Assembly (NCBI GenBank): GCA_045643125.1
Contig: JAZUKE010000085.1
Location: 8,992 to 72,991 of the forward strand
DNA: 64,000 nt
From: Eubacteriales bacterium
GTDB taxonomy: Bacteria > Bacillota > Clostridia > Oscillospirales > CAG-382
Direction: 5' to 3'
Positions 17,019 through 26,733 of the stretch are shown piece by piece. The position numbers and the translations under genes were made by a program. The first letter of the stretch is position 1, and each line of letters begins with the position of its first letter. Under the pieces are notes generated by a model. The model had not been told where the DNA came from, made no database searches, and was given only the letters and a program-made list of their open reading frames with translations.

Positions 17019-17893
17019 GTGACCTCGCTCGTATATTCGCCGTCGTAATTCAGTTTCACGAGCATTTCAAACACTCCCTTGTTTATCAGCGAATTTATGT
17101 GCGGTCTTTTCATTATGCCGTCGATACTGCTCCCGTGGCACGACGCGATAAGGCAGACACCGCTGTTCTGGGACGCGATAAGACCGTCCGTCTCGGCATC
17201 GCTTATTTCGTCGCACACTATCACCTCGGGCGACATAGTGCGCGTAAGAATATCTATCGCCTGCTTTTTCGGACATTCGCGCACGGTGTCGATAAGGCAG
17301 TCGGTCATTTCCGGCACGAAAAGCTCGCTCCGTTCGTCGGCTAACCCCACGCGGAGCGGCTTTTTGCCCGACGAAAGCAGATAGGCGCACGACCGCAGAT
17401 AGGTGGTCTTTCCCATTCCGGGAGGCGAAAACACCATCACGCCGCGCAGTCCGTCGTCACGCAGGATGCGGCAGAGCCGCGACGCGATATCGGGGAAAAA
17501 TCTGCTCACCCTGAGGCAGACGGAGGTTATGCGCGAAAAAGTCTTTATCTCTTTTCCGTCGAATACCGCGTTTCCGCAGACGCCGGCGCGCCATCCGTCG
17601 GGAAGCGGGATGTAGCCGCGGCGTATGGTTTCCTCATAGGTGTAAAACGACGAGCCGGTAAGGCGTGACACGCACTCGCTCATTTCGGCTTCCGTCGTCC
17701 TCACTCCGTCGGAAACGAAACAGGGCAGCCCGTCGCCGTTTATGAAAACGTTGTTTTTTCCGCAAGTGAGCGACAAAGGAAGCGACGTGCGCAGCCTTAT
17801 CTCCGTCGCGTTTGCAGTGATCGTTTTCGGAACTTTGAGAAGGATGAGCCGGATACGGTGCGGCAGATATTTATACAGCTTTTCGATCTGCAT
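17009..17893 (-). CDS. spoIIIAA: Stage III sporulation protein AA (secretion-type ATPase)
   Basis: 294 aa. Walker A VFSPPGMGKTT and Walker B VIVCDEI. First gene of the operon. Confidence 0.9.
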   Translation of the reverse strand: MQIEKLYKYLPHRIRLILLKVPKTITANATEIRLRTSLPLSLTCGKNNVFINGDGLPCFVSDGVRTTEAEMSECVSRLTGSSFYTYEETIRRGYIPLPDGWRAGVCGNAVFDGKEIKTFSRITSVCLRVSRFFPDIASRLCRILRDDGLRGVMVFSPPGMGKTTYLRSCAYLLSSGKKPLRVGLADERSELFVPEMTDCLIDTVRECPKKQAIDILTRTMSPEVIVCDEISDAETDGLIASQNSGVCLIASCHGSSIDGIMKRPHINSLINKGVFEMLVKLNYDGEYTSEVTCL

Positions 17894-19439
17894 ATTTCAA
17901 AAACACGATGCAGAGCAGCGCGTAAGGAACAAGGAACAGCGCGCACCCCATAATCGCCGGCAGTGCTTTGCCGTGAAGCGAAAAATACGGCAGTATCCTT
18001 GACGCAAGACACCCCGAAAGCACGGAAAATACCGCAGGAAAGGCAAAATAACCGATAAGCGCGTGCCTCTGACGTGTCTTTTTCACCGTCTTTATGTAGC
18101 ACATAAGGAACGAAAACGTATTCGACACGACGAGCAGCCAAAGATACCCCGTCGCCCCGGTACGCGGAATGAGGAAAATTATTATAAGTATGCGCGACAC
18201 GCAGTTGTAAAGCGTCACCCTCATAGTGTACGCCTGCTCGCCTATGCCCTTGAGAAGCCCGTCGCATATCGTTTCGATATACATAAACGGCGTAACGAGG
18301 GACAGTATTTTAAGCGGCACGGAAGCGGACGTGTCGCCGTAAAAGCAGAAGCTTATCTCGTTCGGGAAGAAAAAGAACAAACTCCCTGCGGCGATGCTGA
18401 ATATTATCGTCATTTTCAGCGTGGACGTGACCTTGGCGTTGCGTTCGCTTTTGTCGCCGTCCACGTTCAGGCGCGACAGCGCGGGTATGAGTATGCTCAC
18501 CACCGCCGTGAGAAACGCGAACGGAAAGAAAAGCACGGGTATGACCATTCCGCGTATCAGCCCGAAATCCGAAAGCGACTTTGCCGTGTTTCCGCCGTAA
18601 AGCGTGAAGCAGTACGGGATAAGCACGTTTTCGACGGTGTGCAGCCCGCTGTTCAGCCAGCCGCCGGCAGACACTGGCAGCGCCACCTTCGCCGCGCTGC
18701 CGATAGTGTAAACACGTTTTTCACCCGACGAAAACCTGTATCTGCGTGAAAACGCGAAAAAGAGCGAAACATACAGGCAGGAGAATATTTCACCGGCACA
18801 CAGCCCCGCGCAAAGAAACGCGCAGAGCTTTCCCGTGTCGGCAGTGTCACCGAGGAACAAAGTGAAAACGCCGACCGTTATACCGATCTTGCACAAGTCC
18901 TCAAAAAGCTGTGCCGACGACGGGATGATATAGCGTTCCTTTGCCATAAACCAGCCCTTGAAGCACGAGGAAAGCGCCATAAACGGCATCGAAAACGCAA
19001 GAAGTCTTAACGGCAGCACCGTCCTTGCGTCGCCGAGCAGGACTTTTGAAAGCGGCAGCGACAAAAGCAGAAGCAGCAGAAGCGACGACGTACCCATTAT
19101 CAGCGCAAGGCGGAACGACGCCGACAGCGCGTGACGGGCTGTTCTGCCGCCGTCGGGCTTTTCGCTTTCCTCGGCGATGATGCGCGATACGCTGAGCGTC
19201 AGCCCCGAATTTGCAAAGGCGGCAAACAGCGAATAGACCGAAAGCACGAGCTGATAAAGTCCTATCCCCTCGCTTCCCATACGCGACGCCAGATACAGAC
19301 GGAAAAGCATTCCGCTTCCCCTGCACATAAACGAGAAGGCGCATATCACCGCCGACGAAACAAATATGTTCTTTCTTCTGCTCAATAGACCGTCTCCCCG
19401 TATTTCCTGATGCGATAACATTATATTTTTATGTATCAA
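17871..19439 (-). CDS. spoVB: MOP-superfamily flippase, SpoVB-like
   Basis: 522 aa, about 14 TM segments, a polysaccharide-biosynthesis/MurJ-like pattern. It sits just upstream of spoIIIA. Orthology to SpoVB is inferred. Confidence 0.7.
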   Translation of the reverse strand: MIHKNIMLSHQEIRGDGLLSRRKNIFVSSAVICAFSFMCRGSGMLFRLYLASRMGSEGIGLYQLVLSVYSLFAAFANSGLTLSVSRIIAEESEKPDGGRTARHALSASFRLALIMGTSSLLLLLLLSLPLSKVLLGDARTVLPLRLLAFSMPFMALSSCFKGWFMAKERYIIPSSAQLFEDLCKIGITVGVFTLFLGDTADTGKLCAFLCAGLCAGEIFSCLYVSLFFAFSRRYRFSSGEKRVYTIGSAAKVALPVSAGGWLNSGLHTVENVLIPYCFTLYGGNTAKSLSDFGLIRGMVIPVLFFPFAFLTAVVSILIPALSRLNVDGDKSERNAKVTSTLKMTIIFSIAAGSLFFFFPNEISFCFYGDTSASVPLKILSLVTPFMYIETICDGLLKGIGEQAYTMRVTLYNCVSRILIIIFLIPRTGATGYLWLLVVSNTFSFLMCYIKTVKKTRQRHALIGYFAFPAVFSVLSGCLASRILPYFSLHGKALPAIMGCALFLVPYALLCIVFLKYADRKAV

Positions 19440-19536
19440 TTCACAAAAAAAGACTTGTTATTTTTTGTCGAAGGTGATATACTTAAACAAACGATAAAAG
19501 TATCATAATATATTTATATACGGCGGATCAGACGAT

Positions 19537-19968
19537 ATGATTGAAGAATATATTTCCGGTTGTCCGGAAGACACAAAAAAAATAGCAGCCTCTCTGGCTC
19601 CCCTTGCGCTGAAACGCGGATGTATCTGCCTTACGGGTACGCTCGGCGCAGGCAAGACTATGTTCACGTCGGGACTTGTCGATGCTCTCTGCCCCGAATG
19701 TGCGTCGCTCGTACATTCGCCGACGTTTGCGATAGTCAACGAATACATCGGAAATTCTCACAGCATTTTCCACTTTGACCTTTACCGCATAAAAGATCCC
19801 GAAGACCTCTATTCGACCGGCTTTTACGACTACGAGGACAGAAACGGCGTCATAGTGGCAGAATGGAGCGATCTGTTTTACGACTGCTTCCCCGATGACG
19901 CGATACACGTCACGATAGTGCCGCAGGACGAAAATACAAGAAAAATTACGATAGAATATAAGGACTGA
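19537..19968 (+). CDS. tsaE: tRNA t6A37 biosynthesis ATPase TsaE
   Basis: 143 aa with P-loop LTGTLGAGKTMFTSG, immediately followed by tsaB. Confidence 0.9.
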   Translation: MIEEYISGCPEDTKKIAASLAPLALKRGCICLTGTLGAGKTMFTSGLVDALCPECASLVHSPTFAIVNEYIGNSHSIFHFDLYRIKDPEDLYSTGFYDYEDRNGVIVAEWSDLFYDCFPDDAIHVTIVPQDENTRKITIEYKD

Positions 19969-19973
19969 AAAAT

Positions 19974-20666
19974 ATGATAATTCTCGGTATTGATACCACC
20001 GCCGTCACCGCGACTGCGGCTGTCTGCGAAGCCGAAAACGGAGTGATGACCAATCATTCGCTGTCGCTGCTCAAAAACGGGCTGACACATTCCGAAAATC
20101 TGCTTCCGATAATAGATTCCGCGCTTCACTCAATGGGAAAAACTCCCGCCGATATCGACCTTGTTGCGGTCTCCGTCGGGCCCGGCTCGTTCACGGGCGT
20201 GCGCATCGGCGTCGCCACCGCAAAAGGGATAGCCTTTGCAGGCGACAAGGCTGTCTGCGGAGTTTCCACGCTCGACGCTCTTGCCGAAAACTGTATGTCC
20301 TTCGGCGGCATAATCTGCCCCGTGATGGACGCAAGACGGCATCAGTTCTATAACGCGCTGTTCGAAGACGGAAAAAGGCTCTGCGAAGACAGATGCGTTT
20401 CGTTTGAAGAAATTTATGCCGATGCGCTGAAATACGGAAAACGTGTCATCCTCTGCGGCGACGGCGCAAGACTTTTCTATTCGCTCTGCGAAGACAAAAG
20501 CGCTTTCACTCTTGCTCCGCTCTGTGCCGAAGATCAGAACGGTCTTTCGGTCTGCGTTTCGGCATACAAAAAATACCTCAAAGGCGAGATAACAACACAC
20601 GCCGAGCTGCGTCCGGTTTATCTGCGACCGTCTCAGGCTGAAAGAGAAAGGAATTCAAAATTATGA
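19974..20666 (+). CDS. tsaB: tRNA t6A37 biosynthesis protein TsaB
   Basis: 230 aa. N-terminus MIILGIDTTAVTATAAV and the segment SVGPGSFTGVRIG. Confidence 0.9.
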   Translation: MIILGIDTTAVTATAAVCEAENGVMTNHSLSLLKNGLTHSENLLPIIDSALHSMGKTPADIDLVAVSVGPGSFTGVRIGVATAKGIAFAGDKAVCGVSTLDALAENCMSFGGIICPVMDARRHQFYNALFEDGKRLCEDRCVSFEEIYADALKYGKRVILCGDGARLFYSLCEDKSAFTLAPLCAEDQNGLSVCVSAYKKYLKGEITTHAELRPVYLRPSQAERERNSKL

Positions 20667-21091
20667 AAATTGCAATAGGCTGCGACCACGGCGGACTTGA
20701 ACTCAAAAACGCGATCATCGAACATCTCAAAAACGAAGGTCACGACGTAAACGACAACGGCACTTACACCAAAGACAGCTGCGACTACCCCGTTTTCGCC
20801 AAAAAGACGGCAAAAGACGTTGCTTCCGGTTCCGCCGACTTCGGCGTTCTCGTCTGCACGACGGGCATCGGTATGTCGATATGCGCGAACAAGGTCAAGG
20901 GCGCACGCGCCGCTCTGATACACGAAGCAAGAGGCGCCGAAATGTGCCGCCGCCACAACAACGCCAACGTGATCTGCTTCGGACAAGCCGTTACCGACGC
21001 CGAGACCGCCTGCAAATGCGTGGATATTTTCCTTGCGACCGAATTTGAGGGAGGAAGGCACGAACGCCGCGTTTCGATGTTCGAGGACTGA
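20663..21091 (+). CDS. rpiB: Ribose-5-phosphate isomerase B
   Basis: 142 aa. MKIAIGCDHGGLELKN and CTTGIGMSICANK. Confidence 0.9.
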   Translation: MKIAIGCDHGGLELKNAIIEHLKNEGHDVNDNGTYTKDSCDYPVFAKKTAKDVASGSADFGVLVCTTGIGMSICANKVKGARAALIHEARGAEMCRRHNNANVICFGQAVTDAETACKCVDIFLATEFEGGRHERRVSMFED

Positions 21092-21098
21092 AGACAGA

Positions 21099-22322
21099 AT
21101 GAAATACGTTATTGTCATCGGCGACGGAATGGCGGATTACCCGATCGCTTCCCTCGGTGGGAAAACACCGCTCGAAGCCGCCGACACCCCGAATTTTGAT
21201 TTCATCGCAAGCCACGGCATAACCGGCACGATGCAGACCGTCCCCGACGGTATGGTGCCGGAAAGCGATACCGCAAACCTTGCGATTATGGGATACGATC
21301 CCAAAATATATTCCCACGGACGTTCTCCGCTCGAAGCCGCAAGTATGGGGATCGACCTGAAACCACATCAGACCGCCATACGCGCCAACCTCGTTGCCCT
21401 TTCGGACGACGGAAAGCCCTACGACGAAAAAATAATGCTCGATCATTCTTCGTCGGAGATACCGACAGAAGAAGCGCGCGTCCTTATCGAATACTGCGAC
21501 GAAAAGCTGTGCGGTGTCGGGCAGAAGCTCTATACCGGCGTCAGTTACCGCCACTGCTTCGTTTATGACAACGCTCCCGAATTCACCGATTTTTCACGTC
21601 CGCACGATATACTCGGAAGACAGATAACCGACTATCTGCCGCGTTCGGAAAGCAGCGCGCCTTTCCTTGAACTTATGAGAAAGTCGTTCGATATCCTGAA
21701 CGATCATCCCCTGAATATCGAAAGAGCGCAAAAAGGGTTGAAAAAGGCAAATTCGCTCTGGTTCTGGTCACCCGGGAAAAAGCCGCTTCTCCCGTCGTTC
21801 AAAGAGAAGACCGGTCTTGACGGCTCGGTGATATGCGCCGTTGACCTTATCAAGGGCATCGGCAAATGCGCCTGCCTCGACACGCCTTACGTCGAGGGCG
21901 CGACCGGCGGCTGCGTCACCGACTACACCGCCAAAGTGAACGCCGCGATAAGAGAACTTGAAAGCGGCAAGGATTTCGTCTATATCCACGTTGAAGCGCC
22001 CGACGAATGCGGTCACAAGGGCGACGTTGACGCCAAGATCGCCGCGATAGAGAACATCGACAAAAAGATCGTCGGCGTTCTGCTTGAAAAACTGTCCCGT
22101 TCCGGCGAGCCGTTCCGCATAGCCGTGCTGCCCGACCACCCGACGCCGATATCGCTCCGCACGCACGCAAGAGACCCGATCCCGTTTGCCGTCTATTCGT
22201 CGGAAAAGGACGTCGCTTCACCCGTCGGAAACTACTCCGAAGCCTCCGCAAGGACGAGCGGGATCCATATTTGCGACGGAAGCACCTTTATCGAGCGTTT
22301 TATCAACGACAATTTCGCTTAA
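21099..22322 (+). CDS. apgM: Cofactor-independent phosphoglycerate mutase, ApgM type (alkaline-phosphatase superfamily)
   Basis: I take the start at MKYVIVIGDGMADYP (Met23 of the track ORF). Motifs HVEAPDECGHKGD and VLPDHPTP are present. Confidence 0.85.
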   Translation: MKYVIVIGDGMADYPIASLGGKTPLEAADTPNFDFIASHGITGTMQTVPDGMVPESDTANLAIMGYDPKIYSHGRSPLEAASMGIDLKPHQTAIRANLVALSDDGKPYDEKIMLDHSSSEIPTEEARVLIEYCDEKLCGVGQKLYTGVSYRHCFVYDNAPEFTDFSRPHDILGRQITDYLPRSESSAPFLELMRKSFDILNDHPLNIERAQKGLKKANSLWFWSPGKKPLLPSFKEKTGLDGSVICAVDLIKGIGKCACLDTPYVEGATGGCVTDYTAKVNAAIRELESGKDFVYIHVEAPDECGHKGDVDAKIAAIENIDKKIVGVLLEKLSRSGEPFRIAVLPDHPTPISLRTHARDPIPFAVYSSEKDVASPVGNYSEASARTSGIHICDGSTFIERFINDNFA

Positions 22323-22409
22323 AACCCTTAATTATTTGTATAAAATATACAATTCCGATGCATCGGTTTTTAGCATCTGCACAAATATATTATTATTGAT
22401 TTTTTATAA

Positions 22410-22438
22410 TTGATATTTCTGTTTGTGAGTGATATAAT
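22410..22438 (+). promoter_or_regulatory. Sigma-A-type promoter candidate
   Basis: TTGATA (22410-22415), 17 nt, TATAAT (22433-22438). Confidence 0.5.
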
Positions 22439-22574
22439 ACAGTTTGTATAGTTATCCGATTGCGGAAAAATGCGTGTATATTTTTGTATATATGCGTTGT
22501 CATACCGTGCGGTCGCTCACGCCGCGTACGGTTTCCGTGATTTTACAAGTGAGCGGAAAGGCATTGGTTCCACT

Positions 22575-24494
22575 ATGAAAAAGATCGTTGTACTCTTCCT
22601 CATCGTATGTATGTGCATACCCGTTTTCGCAGGATGCACCACGCTCCAGGGCGATGACGACAAAGGCGCGAACATTCAGATGTTTCTGACCTCGTTCCCG
22701 CAGTCGCTCGATCCTGCCGCCGTTCAGCTGGACGCCACAACGTCCCTTATTCTCAGCCTTATCTATCAGCCGCTCACCACCATCAACGAAGACGGCAAAG
22801 TAGAAGAAGCCCTTGCAAAGAATTGGTACTCCTATTACGACGACCGTGATCAGATATATAAAATGTATTTTGAACTGAACGAAACGTATTGGAGCGACAA
22901 GATACTTGTTCAGGCTCAGCACGTTGCCGACGCGTGGACGCGCATACTTTCCCCGGATTTTGAATCTCCCTACGCTTCTATTCTCTTCCCGATCAGAAAC
23001 GCCAAGGATTACAAAGCCGGCATCAAGACCGCTTCCGACCTCGGCGTATATGCCGAAGGCGACGACCTCCTCTGCGTCGAATTCGAGCAGGAATACGATA
23101 TCGACCTCTTTGCCGAAGCCGTATCCTGCATAGCTCTCGCTCCCGTCCGTTCCGACATCATCGACAAAGCGATGAAGGATAACCCCGTAGGAAGCAAAAA
23201 CTACGACAGACTCCAGGATTGGGACAAGAACGCCGCCATTATGGTCTGCAACGGTCCGTACAGAGTACAGGGTTACGAAGAAGGAACCAAGCTCGTTCTT
23301 GAAAGAAACGCTTATTATTACCGCGACGAAGAAGACGATTACCTTGACGAAAGCGTTATCCCCTACCGTCTCACCTGCATTTATCAGGAAACCACCATTC
23401 ACAGCGATGAAAACGGCGACGGTATCGACAATTACGAATTCGAATACAGAAAATGGAAGAACGATTGGAGCTCTTCCGAAGCCGCAAAAGGCATCAACTA
23501 CTTCCTCGGCGCTTTCTCTGCCGACACTTACGCAAAAGTCAAAGCCGACGGCAGCAAGATGAACACCGCAGATCTCCTTTCGACCTATACATATTTCTTT
23601 AACACCAAGTCCGAGATCACTTCCGATGCGAAAGTAAGAAACGCTCTGTCCGTTGCTCTTGACAGAAACAGGATCGTCGAGATAATGGGCACCGGTATGA
23701 AAGCTTCGACCGGCTTCGTTCCCGACGGCGTGTTCGGTGCAAAATCCGGCTCGAGCTTCAGAGCAGAAGGCAGCGCCATCTACTCCGCATCCGCAAATAT
23801 CGAAAACGCGAAACAGCTTCTCAAAGAAGCAGGCGTTTCCTCCGGAACGATCAGACTCGCATACCTCATTCCGTGGTCCAAACAGCTCTACACTTCAGAA
23901 ACTCTCCATCAGTCGAGAGCCAAGAAGGTCGCCACCTATAACCCCTACGAAAATATCGCCAACTACGCCAAAGAGACTTGGGAATCGCTCGGATTCACCG
24001 TTGAACTCACCGGCTACACCGCCGACGCTTTCCCCGCAGCACTTTCCGCAGGCGAATGGGACGTTATCGGTCTTGACTATGCGATAAACAGCGTTGACGC
24101 GTTCGCTTATCTCGCTCCGTTTGCAAAATGGTACAGCGGCAACATCGTTTCCACCGATATCGACGCCGAAACCTTCACCCCGCATTACACCGGTCTTGAA
24201 AGCGACGAATACGACGCTCTCATCGACGAGATCGTTTATGACTCCAACAGAACGACCAGAGCCGCCAACCTTCACAAAGCAGAAGAACTCTTTGCTTCTC
24301 TCTGCCCCGCGACCGCTCTCTTCCAGTACACCAGAACGTACGTCGTTTCCGGCAAGCTCGACGGCATCAAGTCCGAAAGCTGGTACGGTTACTACGATTT
24401 CAACGAGCTTGAACTTGACGACTACATCAAGGTCAACGCCGCAGAAGCCGAAGAAAGCTTCGCAAGAACCGAAGATACCAACAACGCAAAATAA
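22575..24494 (+). CDS. ABC-transporter substrate-binding lipoprotein, family 5 (peptide/oligosaccharide, OppA-like)
   Basis: I take the start at MKKIVVLFLIVCMCIPVFAGC (lipobox). The body of about 640 aa has an SBP_bac_5-like pattern. No permease or ATPase genes are adjacent. Confidence 0.8.
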   Translation: MKKIVVLFLIVCMCIPVFAGCTTLQGDDDKGANIQMFLTSFPQSLDPAAVQLDATTSLILSLIYQPLTTINEDGKVEEALAKNWYSYYDDRDQIYKMYFELNETYWSDKILVQAQHVADAWTRILSPDFESPYASILFPIRNAKDYKAGIKTASDLGVYAEGDDLLCVEFEQEYDIDLFAEAVSCIALAPVRSDIIDKAMKDNPVGSKNYDRLQDWDKNAAIMVCNGPYRVQGYEEGTKLVLERNAYYYRDEEDDYLDESVIPYRLTCIYQETTIHSDENGDGIDNYEFEYRKWKNDWSSSEAAKGINYFLGAFSADTYAKVKADGSKMNTADLLSTYTYFFNTKSEITSDAKVRNALSVALDRNRIVEIMGTGMKASTGFVPDGVFGAKSGSSFRAEGSAIYSASANIENAKQLLKEAGVSSGTIRLAYLIPWSKQLYTSETLHQSRAKKVATYNPYENIANYAKETWESLGFTVELTGYTADAFPAALSAGEWDVIGLDYAINSVDAFAYLAPFAKWYSGNIVSTDIDAETFTPHYTGLESDEYDALIDEIVYDSNRTTRAANLHKAEELFASLCPATALFQYTRTYVVSGKLDGIKSESWYGYYDFNELELDDYIKVNAAEAEESFARTEDTNNAK

Positions 24495-24516
24495 TTGACA
24501 TCGAATACTAAAAAAT

Positions 24517-24555
24517 CGCCCGACGCATCATTTGATGCGCCGGGCGTCTTCTTTT
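24517..24555 (+). terminator. Rho-independent terminator
   Basis: CGCCCGACGCATCA-ttt-GATGCGCCGGGCG followed by TCTTCTTTT. Confidence 0.75.
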
Positions 24556-24581
24556 GCAAAATTTGCTTGACATTATAACGG

Positions 24582-25058
24582 TTATCCGTTATAGCAACTG
24601 TATTTTTTCAAATTTTCACCGGTGAGGCGGTAAACCGTCCAGCCGTTCATCGGGATCGCGCCCATCGAAAGGTAAAAGTCGATACTCGGCTTGTTCCAGT
24701 CAAGGCAGCTCCATTCAAGCCGTCCGCAGCCCCTTTCGTTGGCAAGGCGTGCAAGGTATGTGAGCAGTCCTTTGCCGTACCCGTTTCCGCGGTATTCAGG
24801 CTTTACATAAAGGTCTTCAAGGTATATTCCGGCTCTGCCGAGGAACGTTGAAAAATTGTGGAAGAAAAGCGCGTAGCCGACCTCTTTTCCGTCTTCGCAA
24901 ACGAACACGACCTCGGCTTTTTCTTTGTCAAAAAGCCATTCTTCGAGGAGTTCGGGGGTTGCGATCATTTCGTTTTCAAGACGTTCGTAAACGGCAAGCT
25001 CCATAATGAAGTCATAAATCAGCTTTCCGTCGCCTTTGTGCGCTTTTCTGAATTCCAT
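24582..25058 (-). CDS. GNAT N-acetyltransferase (diamine/SSAT-like)
   Basis: 158 aa (LEDLYVKPEYRGNGYGKGLL). Its ATG overlaps the stop of the upstream gene (TAATG), so it is the last gene of the long minus-strand array. Confidence 0.85.
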   Translation of the reverse strand: MEFRKAHKGDGKLIYDFIMELAVYERLENEMIATPELLEEWLFDKEKAEVVFVCEDGKEVGYALFFHNFSTFLGRAGIYLEDLYVKPEYRGNGYGKGLLTYLARLANERGCGRLEWSCLDWNKPSIDFYLSMGAIPMNGWTVYRLTGENLKKYSCYNG

Positions 25059-25516
25059 TATTTTCCCTCACTTTTTGCTTTTTTCTCTTCTTCAAAGCCC
25101 GTATACTTTCGGAATTTTGAAAACGCTTTTCGTGCTTTTATGAACGAAAAAAGCGACCTTGCCGTGTAAAAGCACACGTTTACTCTGTCTTCTTCAAATT
25201 TCGCCGTCATAATATAGGGCGAGCAGAAAAACGGAAACGCGATAGTCGCCGCTTCGTCCGGAGATTCCATCAGCATAACTGGACGCCCGATAAAGTCAAA
25301 CGCGCGGACGCTCGTTTCGGGCAGGTCCACGTTTTCACCCTTTGAAACGTAGATCCGTTTTCTTTCGGAAACGCCGAACAGCCTTGCCGACACCTGACCG
25401 GAAGAAACGCCGCGGAAATTCATACCGAATACGCTTTCAGCGGCGGCGATATATGAACCGTTGTCTATCATAACGCCGGCAAGTATGCGTTTTATCTCTT
25501 TTCTGCGCGCATCCAT
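25058..25516 (-). CDS. Hypothetical protein (152 aa)
   Basis: I take the start at MDARRKEIKR, 2 nt after the stop of the upstream gene. The upstream extension in the track ORF overlaps that gene and is rejected. No motif is recognised. Confidence 0.55.
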   Translation of the reverse strand: MDARRKEIKRILAGVMIDNGSYIAAAESVFGMNFRGVSSGQVSARLFGVSERKRIYVSKGENVDLPETSVRAFDFIGRPVMLMESPDEAATIAFPFFCSPYIMTAKFEEDRVNVCFYTARSLFSFIKARKAFSKFRKYTGFEEEKKAKSEGK

Positions 25517-25518
25517 CC

Positions 25519-26676
25519 TTATTTTGCTCCTACCGCGCCAACGAACTGCTCCGCGATCGCTGCTGCATTTTCGGCGTCCGTCGACGCTGACGTGACGGCA
25601 AACACGTTTTTGCCTTCCGACCAGACGACGGTGGTGTAATACTCCGAAACGCAGCATACCGCGTCAAGCCCGAGAAGAGTCACGTCGGTTTTCGTGCTGC
25701 TGTCGGTGTCGTAAAACGCGCAGACGGTATTGCTTTCGGTTTCGGGGAAAATAACGTAATCGAAAACGCCGTCGCTGCCGCTTATTTCGATATCTATACC
25801 GATGAAGCGCTCGCCTTTTGAATTTTCATAACCTTTGATATTGCAGCCCGTACGTTCATAACCTTCGGGTATCGTGATTTTTCCGACTGTTTCTTCTGCG
25901 GAGGCAAAATCCTCGTCTTCGATGACTTTTTTGTAGTCGTAGTCGATGACGGTGTTGGACTTTACGCTTATCTTGCAGTTGTCGTCGATGTCAAGTTCAA
26001 GGCGAAGCGCCTTATTACTTTCGTTTTCGATGATATAGACGGCACATTCGCCGACGTTGACGGGAGTTATGACGAACACGGCGTCTTTCACCGCCTCGTC
26101 GGTATACGACACCGCCTCGGTCGTGACGATCCTGTTATCGACATAGAGTGAGAAAGATTCGGTTTTTCTGTTCCTTATGCAGACGTTCAGCGTGTTTTCG
26201 CTTCCGAAAGCGATGACGTATTCGTAACCGTCCTGCGTGTAAGTCTGCAGCGGATCAAGCTCCTTATGCGAGCTTGACGAAAATTCGATATTCGCGGAAG
26301 CATCAACGGTGAAGTTGAGCTGGATCTCATAAATGCGGTCTTCGGGAATACCGTCTTTTTTGAGGACGAGGAAAAGCGAATACCTGCCTTCCTTCACGGG
26401 AGTGACGGAAAAAGACGCTTTGTTTTTGTCATCCGTTACGGCTTTGGCTTCTGCGGCGCCGTTTTCGGTGTCGTCAATCTTCCATTCATAGCCTTCGGGA
26501 AACTCGCCTTCGACAGTCACGGAAATGCTTTTTCCGTCTTTTTTGCAGTAATACTCGTATTTGCACGTCGGATCATCCGGCGTTATTTTTTTGCTTCCGC
26601 CGAATATCATAAGACATACGATAACGAGGACAAGAAGCAATATCACTGCCGCGGCTATAATATACGGTTTTTTCAT
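25519..26676 (-). CDS. N-terminally membrane-anchored extracytoplasmic protein, unknown function
   Basis: 385 aa. TM helix IIAAAVILLLVLVIVCLMIF followed by a beta-rich sequence. Part of the T4SS-like array. Confidence 0.7.
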   Translation of the reverse strand: MKKPYIIAAAVILLLVLVIVCLMIFGGSKKITPDDPTCKYEYYCKKDGKSISVTVEGEFPEGYEWKIDDTENGAAEAKAVTDDKNKASFSVTPVKEGRYSLFLVLKKDGIPEDRIYEIQLNFTVDASANIEFSSSSHKELDPLQTYTQDGYEYVIAFGSENTLNVCIRNRKTESFSLYVDNRIVTTEAVSYTDEAVKDAVFVITPVNVGECAVYIIENESNKALRLELDIDDNCKISVKSNTVIDYDYKKVIEDEDFASAEETVGKITIPEGYERTGCNIKGYENSKGERFIGIDIEISGSDGVFDYVIFPETESNTVCAFYDTDSSTKTDVTLLGLDAVCCVSEYYTTVVWSEGKNVFAVTSASTDAENAAAIAEQFVGAVGAK

Positions 26677-26733
26677 TTTTTCGTCCTCCGGATTGTACTT
26701 ACAGTTTCTTTTTTGTAAAAATCAATGGATCTA

